Source of the DNA: an uncultured Porphyromonas sp.
GTDB lineage: Bacteria > Bacteroidota > Bacteroidia > Bacteroidales > Porphyromonadaceae
Length of the DNA stretch: 64,000 nt
Reading direction: 5' to 3'
NCBI GenBank assembly: GCA_902490315.1
Contig: CABUDK010000001.1
Location: 1,405-65,404, forward strand
In this document: positions 43,362 through 53,155 of the stretch, in pieces
Layout: each line of letters opens with the position of its first letter
How positions within the stretch are numbered: position 1 is the first letter of the stretch
The notes under the pieces: model-generated
The model's database searches: none
What the model was told of the DNA's origin: nothing
The model's input: only the letters and a program-made list of their open reading frames with translations
Position numbers and translations under genes: made by a program

Positions 43362-43434
43362 GCGGAAGTAGCTCAGTTGGTAGAGCACAACCTTGCCAAG
43401 GTTGGGGTCGCGGGTTCGAGTCCCGTCTTCCGCT
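43362..43434 (+). tRNA. tRNA-Gly (GCC), CCA not encoded
   Basis: Acceptor GCGGAAG/CTTCCGC, anticodon loop TTGCCAA, GTTCGAG T-loop. Confidence 0.97.
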
Positions 43435-43472
43435 CTTCGAAAGACAAAGATATTGGTTTAGAGTAAGAACAG

Positions 43473-43515
43473 ATAAGCGTAGTGAGCCGCACAGCTCCTA
43501 CGCTTATTTTGTTTT
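43473..43515 (+). terminator. Intrinsic terminator after tRNA-Gly
   Basis: ataagcgtag...ctacgcttat followed by a T-run. Confidence 0.8.
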
Positions 43516-43613
43516 ATAACGGTTCGCCCAGAGCCACAACTAGCCAAGCTCTCCACATCTCCTTAGACTGAGAAGGTGTATATTTGCAAGCAAAGAGAGG
43601 CGGATCGGATTAC

Positions 43614-43669
43614 TCTCTAATCTCTAACTTCTAACTTCTAATACCTAATTTCTAACTTCTAACCTCTAA
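43614..43669 (+). repeat. Tandem heptamer repeat (nnnCTAA) x8
   Basis: tctctaa tctctaa cttctaa cttctaa tacctaa tttctaa cttctaa cctctaa, ending 5 nt before the ATG. Confidence 0.9.
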
Positions 43670-43674
43670 TCCCT

Positions 43675-44997
43675 ATGCACGAATTGGTTTGTCCGAATTG
43701 CCATCAGCCGTTTAGTATCGATGAGCGTGGCTATGCGCAGCTGCTAGAGCAGGTGCGTGGCGAGGCTTTTGACAAGGCGCTCGCTGAGCGCGTGGCGCTG
43801 GTCGAGGAGCAGAGCCGACAGGCCCAGCAGCTAGCTGTGGCACAGGCTGAGGCGACGCTCAAGGAGCAGATCTCAAAGCGAGACAACGAGCTGGTACAGC
43901 TCCAAAGCAAGCTCGACGCTATGGGCGAGAAGAGCCAAGCGGATCTGAAGCTAGCTCTGGCCAACAAAGAGCAAACGCTCATCGAGCTGCAGGCGCAGCT
44001 AGCGCAGCAAGAGAGCCTGCGAGACAATGAGCGCCTGAAGGTGCAGGCTGAGAGCCAGAAAGCACTACAAGCTAAGGAGCAAGAGATCACTGCACTGCAG
44101 GCTCGGGTGGAGCTACAGAGCAAAGAGGCTCAGCTAGAGGTCAAGCAACTGCAAGAGCAACACGAGCTAGAGAAGAAGGTGCTAGAGCAAGAGGTAGACT
44201 TTTACAAAGACCTCAAGTCTCGCATGTCCACCAAGATGCTGGGTGAGACACTCGAGCAGCACTGCGCCTTGGAGTTTGAGCAGAAGCTGAGACCCTTTTA
44301 TCCCAACGCATACTTTGAGAAGGACAACGACGTGGTCGGTGGCACCAAGGGAGACTTCATCTTTCGTGACTATGCCGATGAAGGTGAGCTAGAGTACATC
44401 TCCATCATGTTTGAGATGAAAAACGAGTCAGACACGACCTCCACGAAGCATCGCAACGAAGACTTTCTCAAGAAGCTTGACGAGGATCGACGCAAGAAGG
44501 GGTGCGAGTACGCCGTCCTCGTGTCGCTCCTGGAGGGCGACAACGAACTCTACAACGGCGGTATCGTCGACAAGTCACACCGCTACGAGAAGATGTATGT
44601 GATCCGCCCCCAGTTCTTCGTGCCGCTGATCACGCTCCTCGTCTCCACCTCACGCAAGAGCCTCGACATACGCAAGCAGCTCTTCGAGGCGCAGCAGCAG
44701 TCCATCGATATCACACACTTTGAGGAGGATATAGAGGAGTTCAAGGAGAGGTTCGGATACAACTACCGCCTAGCGAGTAATAAGTTTCGGGATGCGATCA
44801 AAGAGATCGACAGGTCGATCGAGCATCTGCAGAAGATCAAGGACAATCTCCTCGGTAGCGAAAACAACCTGCGCCTAGCCAACGACAAGGCGGAGGCACT
44901 GACCATTCGCAAGCTCACCTACAAGAACCCGACCATGCAGGCGAAGTTTAAGGAGCTCAAAGCGCAGCGTGCACTTGAAGAGCCATCAGAGGATTAG
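43675..44997 (+). CDS. DUF2130 domain protein
   Basis: N-terminal CPNC, coiled coil, [40 protein letters not shown]. Confidence 0.9.
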   Translation: MHELVCPNCHQPFSIDERGYAQLLEQVRGEAFDKALAERVALVEEQSRQAQQLAVAQAEATLKEQISKRDNELVQLQSKLDAMGEKSQADLKLALANKEQTLIELQAQLAQQESLRDNERLKVQAESQKALQAKEQEITALQARVELQSKEAQLEVKQLQEQHELEKKVLEQEVDFYKDLKSRMSTKMLGETLEQHCALEFEQKLRPFYPNAYFEKDNDVVGGTKGDFIFRDYADEGELEYISIMFEMKNESDTTSTKHRNEDFLKKLDEDRRKKGCEYAVLVSLLEGDNELYNGGIVDKSHRYEKMYVIRPQFFVPLITLLVSTSRKSLDIRKQLFEAQQQSIDITHFEEDIEEFKERFGYNYRLASNKFRDAIKEIDRSIEHLQKIKDNLLGSENNLRLANDKAEALTIRKLTYKNPTMQAKFKELKAQRALEEPSED

Positions 44998-45020
44998 GCT
45001 TCCAAACACGATATATATAG

Positions 45021-45062
45021 AGAGAGGGGACTCGACCGCTACCGTGCGATCGGGTCCCCTCT
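45021..45062. terminator. Hairpin between convergent DUF2130 and purN
   Basis: gaggggactcga...tcgggtcccctc-type stem. Confidence 0.6.
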
Positions 45063-45108
45063 ATCATTAAGAGACAGTTGACTTTTGCAACAGTCTCATT
45101 TAGCTGCG

Positions 45109-45696
45109 CTAGACGAGTGGTGGGAGGTCGGGACGGGTGAGGTAGTCGGCGACGACCACTGGGTAGTAGGTGTGCTCCAGACGATGGATGCGCTCAGCGA
45201 GCGTCTCGACCGTGTCGTCGGGATGAACCGCTAGACGCACCTCGCAGAGCGTCGAGCCGCGGTCAAACTGTTCGTCGATGAGGTGGATCGTGATGCCGCT
45301 CATGGCGCAGTGCTCCTCTAGTACACGCTCATGGACGCGATCGCCATACATGCCTTTGCCCCCATAGTCGGGTAGCAGCCCTGGGTGAATGTTGAGGATG
45401 CGCTGCGGGAAAGCGCGTAGCAAGCTCTCAGGCACCAAGCCGAGGAAGCCCGCGAGGACGATCGCCGTCACCTGATATTGCTCTCGGAGTTGCTTAGCAA
45501 ATGCGGGCTCACGCATCTCCTTGCGCTGGAAGGTGAGGGACGGTATGCCCAGTCTCTCAGCACGCTTGAGGACTCCAGCGTGGGGGTTGTCAGTTGCTAT
45601 AAGCGCGACAGAAATGTCGTCGATATGAGCCAGGTAGTGGACAAGAGCCTCCGCATTTGTTCCATTGCCTGAGGCGAAGATAGCTATGGTTTCCAT
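45109..45696 (-). CDS. purN: Phosphoribosylglycinamide formyltransferase
   Basis: IAIFASGNGTN, LAGFL, NIHPGLLP.YGGKGMYG, G.TIH; start moved to METIAIF. Confidence 0.94.
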   Translation of the reverse strand: METIAIFASGNGTNAEALVHYLAHIDDISVALIATDNPHAGVLKRAERLGIPSLTFQRKEMREPAFAKQLREQYQVTAIVLAGFLGLVPESLLRAFPQRILNIHPGLLPDYGGKGMYGDRVHERVLEEHCAMSGITIHLIDEQFDRGSTLCEVRLAVHPDDTVETLAERIHRLEHTYYPVVVADYLTRPDLPPLV

Positions 45697-45893
45697 TTTT
45701 ATTCGTACATTTGTTGCACATAAGGGGCGCATGTGTGCAAAATGCAGTGGCATTCGCACGCTCTCACGTCTCTTGTGTACAAAGGTACAGCTAAATCTGC
45801 GGACACGATACGCCTCAGCGCCAAGCGGTCTGCAGCGAGGCTTACCGATCCAGTATGACTAATCAATTATTCATCAAATAAACCTATTAAGCA

Positions 45894-46133
45894 ATGAACG
45901 CAGAAGTAGAAAGCAAGGTCAAAGACCTAATAGCAGACAAGCTCAACGTCGAGCTCTCAGAGGTAACTCGTGAGGCAAACTTCACCACCGATCTTGGTGC
46001 TGACTCACTCGACACTGTCGAGCTGATGATGGCCTTCGAGAAGGAGTTTGATATGACCATCCCCGATGAGGAGGCTGAGGGTATCAAGACCGTTGGCGAC
46101 GCTATCGACTACATCGAGAAGCAGCTAGCATAA
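45894..46133 (+). CDS. acpP: Acyl carrier protein
   Basis: [17 protein letters not shown]. Confidence 0.97.
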   Translation: MNAEVESKVKDLIADKLNVELSEVTREANFTTDLGADSLDTVELMMAFEKEFDMTIPDEEAEGIKTVGDAIDYIEKQLA

Positions 46134-46376
46134 GCCATCCCGAGGAGTAGACAGAGTGCTCTCCTCACCATACGATACAGAGGTCTCGTTGCATAGCTAT
46201 GCGACCACCTAGATCCTCTGTAGCACATACAGAGCCCGAGGGCAAGTCTCAGATCTCCCAGCGTGGGTGCTGGGCTTGCCCTTGTGCATTTCCCCACATT
46301 CAGTTTACATCGCTAGAACCTGCTGCTCATAGCAGCAGACTCCTCATATCCTTGACGCTTGACTTTGATATAGCCT

Positions 46377-47630
46377 ATGCAATTTAACAGAGTAGTCGTG
46401 ACTGGCCTAGGTGCCATCACCCCCATTGGCAATGACGCTCCTACCACTTGGCAAAACCTGCTTGCAGGTAAGAGTGGAGCAGCTCCCATCACACAGTTTG
46501 ATGCCTCCAAGTTCAAGACCCAGTTCGCCTGTGAGGTCAAAGGCTTTAATCCAGAAGAGCACTTCGACCGCAAGGAGGTACGCCGCTATGATCGATATAC
46601 ACAGCTCGCACTGGTAGCGACAAAAGAGGCGATCGCAGACTCTGCTGTAGACCTAGAGCATGTCGACAAGAACGAGGTCGGCGTCATCATCAGCGCAGGT
46701 ATCGGAGGACTAGAGACCTTCCAGGAGGAGATCATGCAGTATGACCCCGAGCGGGGACCCCGCTTCAACCCCTTCTTCATCCCGAAGATGATCTCCGACA
46801 TTGCAGCTGGACTCGTATCGATCGAGTACGGCTTCCACGGTCCCAACTACAGTGTCGCCTCAGCTTGTGCCTCCTCGACGAATGCGATCATCGATGCTGC
46901 CATCATGATACGCTTAGGCAAGGCAAAGATGATGGTCGCAGGTGGTAGCGAGGCTGCTGTGACGGTCGCTGGTATCGGTGGCTTCAACGCAATGCACGCA
47001 CTCTCCACACGCAACGATTCGCCCGAGACCGCCTCTCGACCTTTCAGTGCGAGCCGTGACGGCTTTGTACTAGGCGAGGGAGCTGCGATCCTCATATTAG
47101 AGGAGTATGAGCATGCGGTAGCACGTGGTGCTAAGATCTATGCAGAGTTTGCTGGCTTCGGACTCTCTGCCGATGCGTATCACCTGACCGCCAGTCACCC
47201 TGAGGGACTAGGTGCCAAGCTCGTTATGACCCGCGCCCTAGAGGATGCTGGTATGAAGCCCGAAGATGTAGACTATATCAACGTGCACGGCACCTCGACA
47301 CCTGTTGGTGATGCCTCAGAGGTCAAAGCGATCCAAAGCGTCTGGGGTGACAAAGCTTACGACCTCAACATCAGCTCCTCAAAGTCTATGACAGGCCACC
47401 TCCTCGGTGCAACGGGAGCATTGGAGGCAATGGCTATCGTCAAGTCCATTCAGGAAGATGTCGTCACTCCGACCATCAATCATGAGCCAGGCGACGAAGA
47501 CGATCAGATAGACTACAAGCTCAACTTCACCTTCGACAAGGCGCAGAAGCGCACCGTCAACGTAGCTATGAGCAACACCTTCGGCTTCGGAGGTCACAAC
47601 GCTTGCGTCATCTTCAAGAAGGTTCAGTAA
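46377..47630 (+). CDS. fabF: 3-oxoacyl-ACP synthase II
   Basis: RVVVTGLG, SACASS, HGTST..GD, KSMTGHLLGA, SNTFGFGGHN. Confidence 0.96.
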   Translation: MQFNRVVVTGLGAITPIGNDAPTTWQNLLAGKSGAAPITQFDASKFKTQFACEVKGFNPEEHFDRKEVRRYDRYTQLALVATKEAIADSAVDLEHVDKNEVGVIISAGIGGLETFQEEIMQYDPERGPRFNPFFIPKMISDIAAGLVSIEYGFHGPNYSVASACASSTNAIIDAAIMIRLGKAKMMVAGGSEAAVTVAGIGGFNAMHALSTRNDSPETASRPFSASRDGFVLGEGAAILILEEYEHAVARGAKIYAEFAGFGLSADAYHLTASHPEGLGAKLVMTRALEDAGMKPEDVDYINVHGTSTPVGDASEVKAIQSVWGDKAYDLNISSSKSMTGHLLGATGALEAMAIVKSIQEDVVTPTINHEPGDEDDQIDYKLNFTFDKAQKRTVNVAMSNTFGFGGHNACVIFKKVQ

Positions 47631-47766
47631 TATACGTCTATCGCGCCGCATAGAGTCCTATGACAACCCATCAGCGACACCCCCTCACACAGGTTTGCAC
47701 CCGTTCGTTAGAGCAGACAAGTGTGAAGGGGTGTCGCTTTATATGGTCTCCTAGAGAGCGACTGCT

Positions 47767-48576
47767 ATGAGTTTGATTCGGAGGTCTAGGACTAGGTTGT
47801 GGCTTCGCGAGCTGGGGGAGCGCTGGCAGCACTGGTGGAGTCGTTTGCGTGGAGACAACTCGCAGCGCACGCCCAATCTGACCACACTCTTCGATCGGAT
47901 AGGCATCGTGCCAGTCCGCACAGACCTCTACCTGCTAGCGATGCGTCACCGCTCCTGCACGATCATCGGGGAGGGAGGGGAGAAGCTCAATAATGAGCGA
48001 CTTGAGTTCCTCGGCGATGCAGTCCTCGAAGCCTCTATCTGTACCTACCTCTATCACCTCCACCCCACATGGGACGAAGGCGAGCTGAGCAAGTGCAAGA
48101 GCTCGCTTGTGAGCCGGCCTGTCAATAACGAAGTGGGTCGACGTCTGCATCTAGAGCGCTATATCGTCATGGTGCCGAGTGCTTTAGACAACTCGGTAGA
48201 TATCTACGGCAATACCGTAGAGGCACTCATCGGAGCCATCTATCTCGACCAGGGCTACGCTCGGACGCAGGAGTTCGTCCGAGACTTCATCCTTCCCACC
48301 TATCGAGATATGCAAGAGCATACGGTGGCGAGCATTCAGAACTATAAGAGCGAATTGATCGAGTGGGTGCAGAAGCATCATCTCTCTCACGAGTTTCGTC
48401 TCGAAGAGCATGAGATGGCTCCACACGATCGCTTCGTCTACAGCGTCTGGATCGATGGCAAGCCCGTGGGACGAGGATCTGGCAGCAGCAAGAAGCGCGC
48501 CCAGCAGGAGGCATCTCGTGTCACCCTCGACTTGCTCCAGCAGGCTTACTCGACGATACAGCGCCGTGGTAGCTAG
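47767..48576 (+). CDS. rnc: Ribonuclease III
   Basis: NERLEFLGDAVL, EALIGAIYLD, dsRBD NYKSEL.EW.Q...G.GSSKK.AQQ.A. Confidence 0.95.
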   Translation: MSLIRRSRTRLWLRELGERWQHWWSRLRGDNSQRTPNLTTLFDRIGIVPVRTDLYLLAMRHRSCTIIGEGGEKLNNERLEFLGDAVLEASICTYLYHLHPTWDEGELSKCKSSLVSRPVNNEVGRRLHLERYIVMVPSALDNSVDIYGNTVEALIGAIYLDQGYARTQEFVRDFILPTYRDMQEHTVASIQNYKSELIEWVQKHHLSHEFRLEEHEMAPHDRFVYSVWIDGKPVGRGSGSSKKRAQQEASRVTLDLLQQAYSTIQRRGS

Positions 48577-48733
48577 CCTTAAGCGTTAATCCCGACAGCG
48601 GCTCCCTTAGGAGCCTTTCCGCTAGACCAAACTGTGACCTTTTACAGAGGGTCATTCGTCTGATTGCTCAGATTATTTCGAAACTTCCGATGGTAGGCTA
48701 CTTAACTTGCGAAGCCAAGCTCAGAGATGTGTG

Positions 48734-49105
48734 CAGGGCTGACGCATTATACCCTGTATCCAAGGAGCTATTCCTGACGCCAACCGAAGAATAGATGGAT
48801 TAAGTCTTGCCACATAGCGCTATGGACTCACATTATAGCTACTCCTAGATCTCCATTGAGGTTAATTCCTCGGAGCAAAAGCCCAAATAGCTCGGAGGAA
48901 ATCGACCAATTCCTCGGAAGAAATTTCTCTTTCTTCCGAGGAATGAAAAAATTCTTCCGAAGAATCAACTCATACTTCGGAAGAATTTTTCATTTGCTCA
49001 CTGGATAATCCTAAATCTCCACGGAGGATTGTTCTATTTCCTCCATTTCCCGAGATCCCTCATTAAGACGTAGGTAAACCTACCCCGTATAATGCGTCAG
49101 CCCTG
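48734..49105. mobile_element. MITE copy B (372 bp) with 10-bp target-site duplication GAGATGTGTG; carries phased-palindrome copy 6
   Basis: Same 19-bp TIRs; GAGATGTGTG at 48724-48733 and 49106-49115. Confidence 0.92.
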
Positions 49106-49168
49106 GAGATGTGTGCTATGTCAGAAGTTGTTTGTATATTTGCCACTACTACTAGTGATCATACGCTT

Positions 49169-49507
49169 ATGAAGCAACTACTACATACTATATATACCCT
49201 TGTCGTTTGTGCTCTACTACTGCCTTGCAGCGCATTAGCTAATGATGCGTGTGGCGCCTCCGAGCGACAGCAACTGTCTGATCAGTACCTCATGGTTGCA
49301 GCTTCGCTAGCCTCTGGCTTGGAGCAGTCTGCGCCTCGGGTGGAGGTGCGTGATGGCGCTATTGTACCGCTCTGCGAGTATGAGCAGATGCAGGTCTTTA
49401 ACGTCATGGGGCAGGAGGTACGCAATGAGCATTTACCGTCAGGAGTCTATCTCGTGCGTCTTGTCGTGCAGGGAGAGACCTATACGCTCAAAGTGGTCAT
49501 ACGCTAA
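49169..49507 (+). CDS. Small secreted protein consisting largely of a T9SS C-terminal domain
   Basis: Signal peptide from MKQLLH; VFNVMGQEV....LPSGVYLVR......TLKVVIR; TATATTTG promoter at 49135-49142. Confidence 0.75.
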   Translation: MKQLLHTIYTLVVCALLLPCSALANDACGASERQQLSDQYLMVAASLASGLEQSAPRVEVRDGAIVPLCEYEQMQVFNVMGQEVRNEHLPSGVYLVRLVVQGETYTLKVVIR

Positions 49508-49606
49508 TCTACTCTAAAGCTACTGTATGAGAGTTATCGGCGTCCTGCTGCGCTAACGCATGCCAGCTTGACGTAGTGGGTAGCTCTCTTCTCATATATT
49601 CTGTTT

Positions 49607-50632
49607 ATGCTTGATCAAATCCAGCAACTACAATCGGCACTCTCCAACCTCGCGGCCTCTACGCCCGAGGAGGCAGAGCAACTACGCATAGCTTATCTTG
49701 GTAAGAAGGGACGCATCACCCAGCTCTTTGAGGCGTTTCGCCAGCTTCCCCCCGAGGAGAAGCGACAGCTAGGAGCAGCACTTAATCAGCTCAAGCAAGA
49801 GGCTACCGCACGCATCAAGGAGATACTAGCCTCTGTCTCCACGCGCTCTGTGCAGCAGACGATCGATCTAACCCGTCCCGCCGTACCTTACCCACAAGGC
49901 TCGCGTCATCCACTGACTCTCATACAGGAGGAGATCTGTAACATCTTCGAGCGCATGGGCTTTAGCATAGCTGAGGGACCTGAGGTGGAGGACGATTGGC
50001 ATGTTTTTGAGGCGCTCAACTTCCCGCCAGACCATCCCGCACGAGATATGCAGGACACCTTCTTTGTGGATCACAAGAGCAATATCCTACTGCGCACCCA
50101 CACATCCTCCGTGCAGACACGTGTCATGAAGAGCCAAGAGCCACCTATACGAGTGCTTTGCCCAGGACGTGTCTATCGCAACGAGGCTATATCCGCTCGT
50201 GCTCACTGCTTCTTTCACCAGATCGAGGGACTGTACATCGACCGCAACGTGAGCTACGCTGACTTGAGAGAGGCGCTGCTCTTCTTCGCTCAGTCGCTCT
50301 TTGGCGCAGATACGCAGATACGATTGCGCCCCTCCTACTTCCCCTTTACTGAGCCAAGTGCTGAGATGGATATCTCGTGCGGCTTGTGCCATGGCGAGGG
50401 GTGTGGCTTCTGCAAGCACACCGGATGGGTCGAGATATTGGGTTGCGGCATGGTCGATCCCAACGTCCTGGACAACTGTGGCATCGACAGCTCCGTCTAT
50501 AGTGGCTACGCCTTCGGACTGGGCGTGGAGCGCATTGCCAACCTCAAGTACAATGTCAAGGATCTGCGATACTTCTCGGAAAACAACCTAGACTTCCTCT
50601 CGCAGTTTACCGCTCACACCACACCCCTCTAA
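49607..50632 (+). CDS. pheS: Phenylalanyl-tRNA synthetase alpha subunit
   Basis: HPARDMQDTF, LRTHTS, FHQIEGL, RPSYFPFTEPS, AFGLG.ER. Confidence 0.97.
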   Translation: MLDQIQQLQSALSNLAASTPEEAEQLRIAYLGKKGRITQLFEAFRQLPPEEKRQLGAALNQLKQEATARIKEILASVSTRSVQQTIDLTRPAVPYPQGSRHPLTLIQEEICNIFERMGFSIAEGPEVEDDWHVFEALNFPPDHPARDMQDTFFVDHKSNILLRTHTSSVQTRVMKSQEPPIRVLCPGRVYRNEAISARAHCFFHQIEGLYIDRNVSYADLREALLFFAQSLFGADTQIRLRPSYFPFTEPSAEMDISCGLCHGEGCGFCKHTGWVEILGCGMVDPNVLDNCGIDSSVYSGYAFGLGVERIANLKYNVKDLRYFSENNLDFLSQFTAHTTPL

Positions 50633-50647
50633 AGGCTTCTCAACAAC

Positions 50648-51295
50648 GTGACGCTTGACGAACGATACCGCTTGGCGCTAGAGGGGCTTGCTCAGCTCTA
50701 TCCCGATGCCGATACGGAGCTTATCTACCACGACCCTTTCAGTTTACTTGTAGCGGTCGTTCTCTCGGCACAATGCACCGACAAGCGGGTCAATATGGTG
50801 ACCCCACAACTGATGGCGCACTACCCGACGCCTGAGGCGATGGCACGTGCCTCGGTAGATGATCTGCTAGCCTTCATGGGGAGCGTCAGCTATCCAAATA
50901 ATAAGGCGAAGCACCTCCTCGGACTCTCTAAGCAGATAGCTCAGCGCCACAACGGCATTGTGCCTGCTACGCGCGAAGAGCTAGAGGCGCTCCCAGGCGT
51001 AGGACGTAAGAGCGCTAGTGTGATGCTGGCTGTATGCTTTGAAACACCGGCAATGCCCGTCGATACGCATGTCTTCCGTGTCGCTAAGCGCATCGGGCTT
51101 GCTTCCTCACGTGCCACTACGCCCCTAGCGGTCGAGCAAGCGCTCGTCAAGCGTATCCCACAGGCGCAGCTCATAGGTGCGCATCATCAGCTCATCTTGC
51201 TAGGCCGTTACATCTGCAAAGCGCGCAAGCCACTCTGCGAAGAGTGTACCCTCCACGCTTGCTGTCGCCACTACGCCACAGCTTCTAAAAAGTAA
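50648..51295 (+). CDS. nth: Endonuclease III
   Basis: LSAQCTD..VN, LPGVGRKSA HhH motif, VDTHV.R, 4Fe-4S C..RKP.C..C.....C. Confidence 0.95.
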   Translation: MTLDERYRLALEGLAQLYPDADTELIYHDPFSLLVAVVLSAQCTDKRVNMVTPQLMAHYPTPEAMARASVDDLLAFMGSVSYPNNKAKHLLGLSKQIAQRHNGIVPATREELEALPGVGRKSASVMLAVCFETPAMPVDTHVFRVAKRIGLASSRATTPLAVEQALVKRIPQAQLIGAHHQLILLGRYICKARKPLCEECTLHACCRHYATASKK

Positions 51296-51367
51296 TCGTC
51301 TTTCTAACCCGTGACAGGGAGCTCGCTGTAGGAAGGCACAGCCGGCCACTCGTGATGGGCTCCGTCG

Positions 51368-53155
51368 TTACTTGACACGGAGACCGAGCGTCTTCGTAAG
51401 GTAAGCGACCTCTTTGTAGTTTTCGACATAGTAAGCCGCGCGCTCCTGCGCCGTCGAGGCGTGTTGCGTCTGCTCGACAGCTGCGACCTCTGTCGTTAGC
51501 GTCAGGTGGTCATTGTGCAGCTTAGCCTTGAGGTAGCGCAGCAAGGTGCGCTCGACTCGCTCGAACGACTCTAGCTGTATGTTGCTTACCAGCGAGACCG
51601 TGAGGTCATGCGGAGGCTGTAACTCAGGCGTCACCGTATGTAGCAGTTGTGAGAGATAGGCATCGTCCGTGATCTCGTCGTCTGCAAATGTGAGCCACCA
51701 CTTGAGTATCGCCTCTGGTGTGACAGGCTCGTCACGTAGCTCTGAGGTTGCACTAGACTCTGCCTCCTCTGCCTCACTGGAGGAAGCTTGCGAGGAGAGC
51801 GTCTCCTCCGCTTGGCGTTTGAGAGCTGATATACGTAGAGAGGATCCTTTGGGAGAGTAGGGCTTCGGTTGGCTAGTTGCTACCCGAGGACCCTTTTTTT
51901 TTTCGTCCGATGTAGGCGTTGGCGGAGCCTGATAGGTCGCTTGCGGTGTCTGTACGCTACTCTCTTGGGGAGCTGGAGCTGTTTCAGAAGCTTTCGGTGC
52001 CGGTTCGTTAGGAGCCGACGAAGCCGTTGCGGGCGCGACGGTAGCGTTCTTAAACGCCCCACACATCTCTGAGATGCCCATCAGAGTCAGCTCGACCAGT
52101 AGGCGCTTAGCTTGCGATGAGCGGTAGTTGCGCTCGCAAGCGACGAGCTTGGTGATAGACTTGTAGAGAAAGAGCGGGTGGATCTGCTGCGCTAGCGTGG
52201 TAAAGCGCTCTGCGTGCACTCCCGTATAGGGAAAGAGCTGCATCGTCTCTGGAGTCCGTGCCACCAGCAGATTGCGCATAAAGTCGGCCAGCCCGATGAT
52301 CAGTTGTCGCATGGCAACCCCTTTGCCGAGGAGCTCATCGAGGAGTAGGAGCGTACGCTTGTAGTCACCACTATATAGGTAGGTGGTGAAGTAAAAGTAG
52401 TATTCGTCGTCTAGTATGTTGAGCGTCTGCAGCGTCTGCTCGTAGGAGATGACCCCGTCTTGCGCTGTACTAGCCAAGCGGTCAAAGAGCGAGAGCGCAT
52501 CACGCATACCACCGTCAGCGATCCGCGCTATCGTGTCAAAAGAGCGCGGGTCGTACTGGAGACCCTCTGCATCAGCCACACGGCGCAACTGCTCAGCGAT
52601 CTGCTCAGGCGGTATCGGCTTGAAGTCGTACACCTGACAGCGTGAGAGGATGGTGGGGAGGACTTTGTCCTTTTCAGTTGTAGCCAGGATAAAGACCACA
52701 TAGCCTGGTGGCTCCTCAAGCGTTTTGAGGAAAGCATTGAAGGCTCCCGACGAGAGCATGTGCACCTCGTCGATGATGTAGACCTTGTACTTGCCTTGCT
52801 GTGGACGTATGTAGACATCTTCGTTGAGACGGCGTATATCGTCGACCGAGTTGTTGGAAGCAGCATCTAGCTCGTATATGTTGAACGCTCGCTGATGCAG
52901 AGCCGCCTGACAGTTGGGGCATACGCCACACGCCTCCCCTTGCGGGGTGAGCTGCTCGCAATTGATCGTGCGAGCTAAGATACGAGCTGCCGAGGTCTTA
53001 CCCACACCACGAGGACCGCAGAAAAGGTAAGCGTGAGCTATCTTGCCTTGCTTGATAGCACTCTTGAGCGTGAGGCATATAGCCTCCTGCCCGAGCATCT
53101 CATCGAAAGTCTGCGGGCGATACTTACGTGCTGATACTATGAAGTTGTCACTCAT
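51368..53155 (-). CDS. dnaX: DNA polymerase III subunit gamma/tau
   Basis: ARKYRPQTF, GPRGVGKT, DEVHMLS, FLKTLEEPP, SRCQ; start moved to MSDNFIVS. Confidence 0.95.
   Translation of the reverse strand: MSDNFIVSARKYRPQTFDEMLGQEAICLTLKSAIKQGKIAHAYLFCGPRGVGKTSAARILARTINCEQLTPQGEACGVCPNCQAALHQRAFNIYELDAASNNSVDDIRRLNEDVYIRPQQGKYKVYIIDEVHMLSSGAFNAFLKTLEEPPGYVVFILATTEKDKVLPTILSRCQVYDFKPIPPEQIAEQLRRVADAEGLQYDPRSFDTIARIADGGMRDALSLFDRLASTAQDGVISYEQTLQTLNILDDEYYFYFTTYLYSGDYKRTLLLLDELLGKGVAMRQLIIGLADFMRNLLVARTPETMQLFPYTGVHAERFTTLAQQIHPLFLYKSITKLVACERNYRSSQAKRLLVELTLMGISEMCGAFKNATVAPATASSAPNEPAPKASETAPAPQESSVQTPQATYQAPPTPTSDEKKKGPRVATSQPKPYSPKGSSLRISALKRQAEETLSSQASSSEAEEAESSATSELRDEPVTPEAILKWWLTFADDEITDDAYLSQLLHTVTPELQPPHDLTVSLVSNIQLESFERVERTLLRYLKAKLHNDHLTLTTEVAAVEQTQHASTAQERAAYYVENYKEVAYLTKTLGLRVK

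Noticed and set aside
51894..51903. A-run in dnaX (minus strand) as a programmed frameshift or slippage site
   Set aside because: A run of about 10 A encoding EKKK is present in the linker, but I cannot show a stimulator or conservation; unsupported from sequence alone
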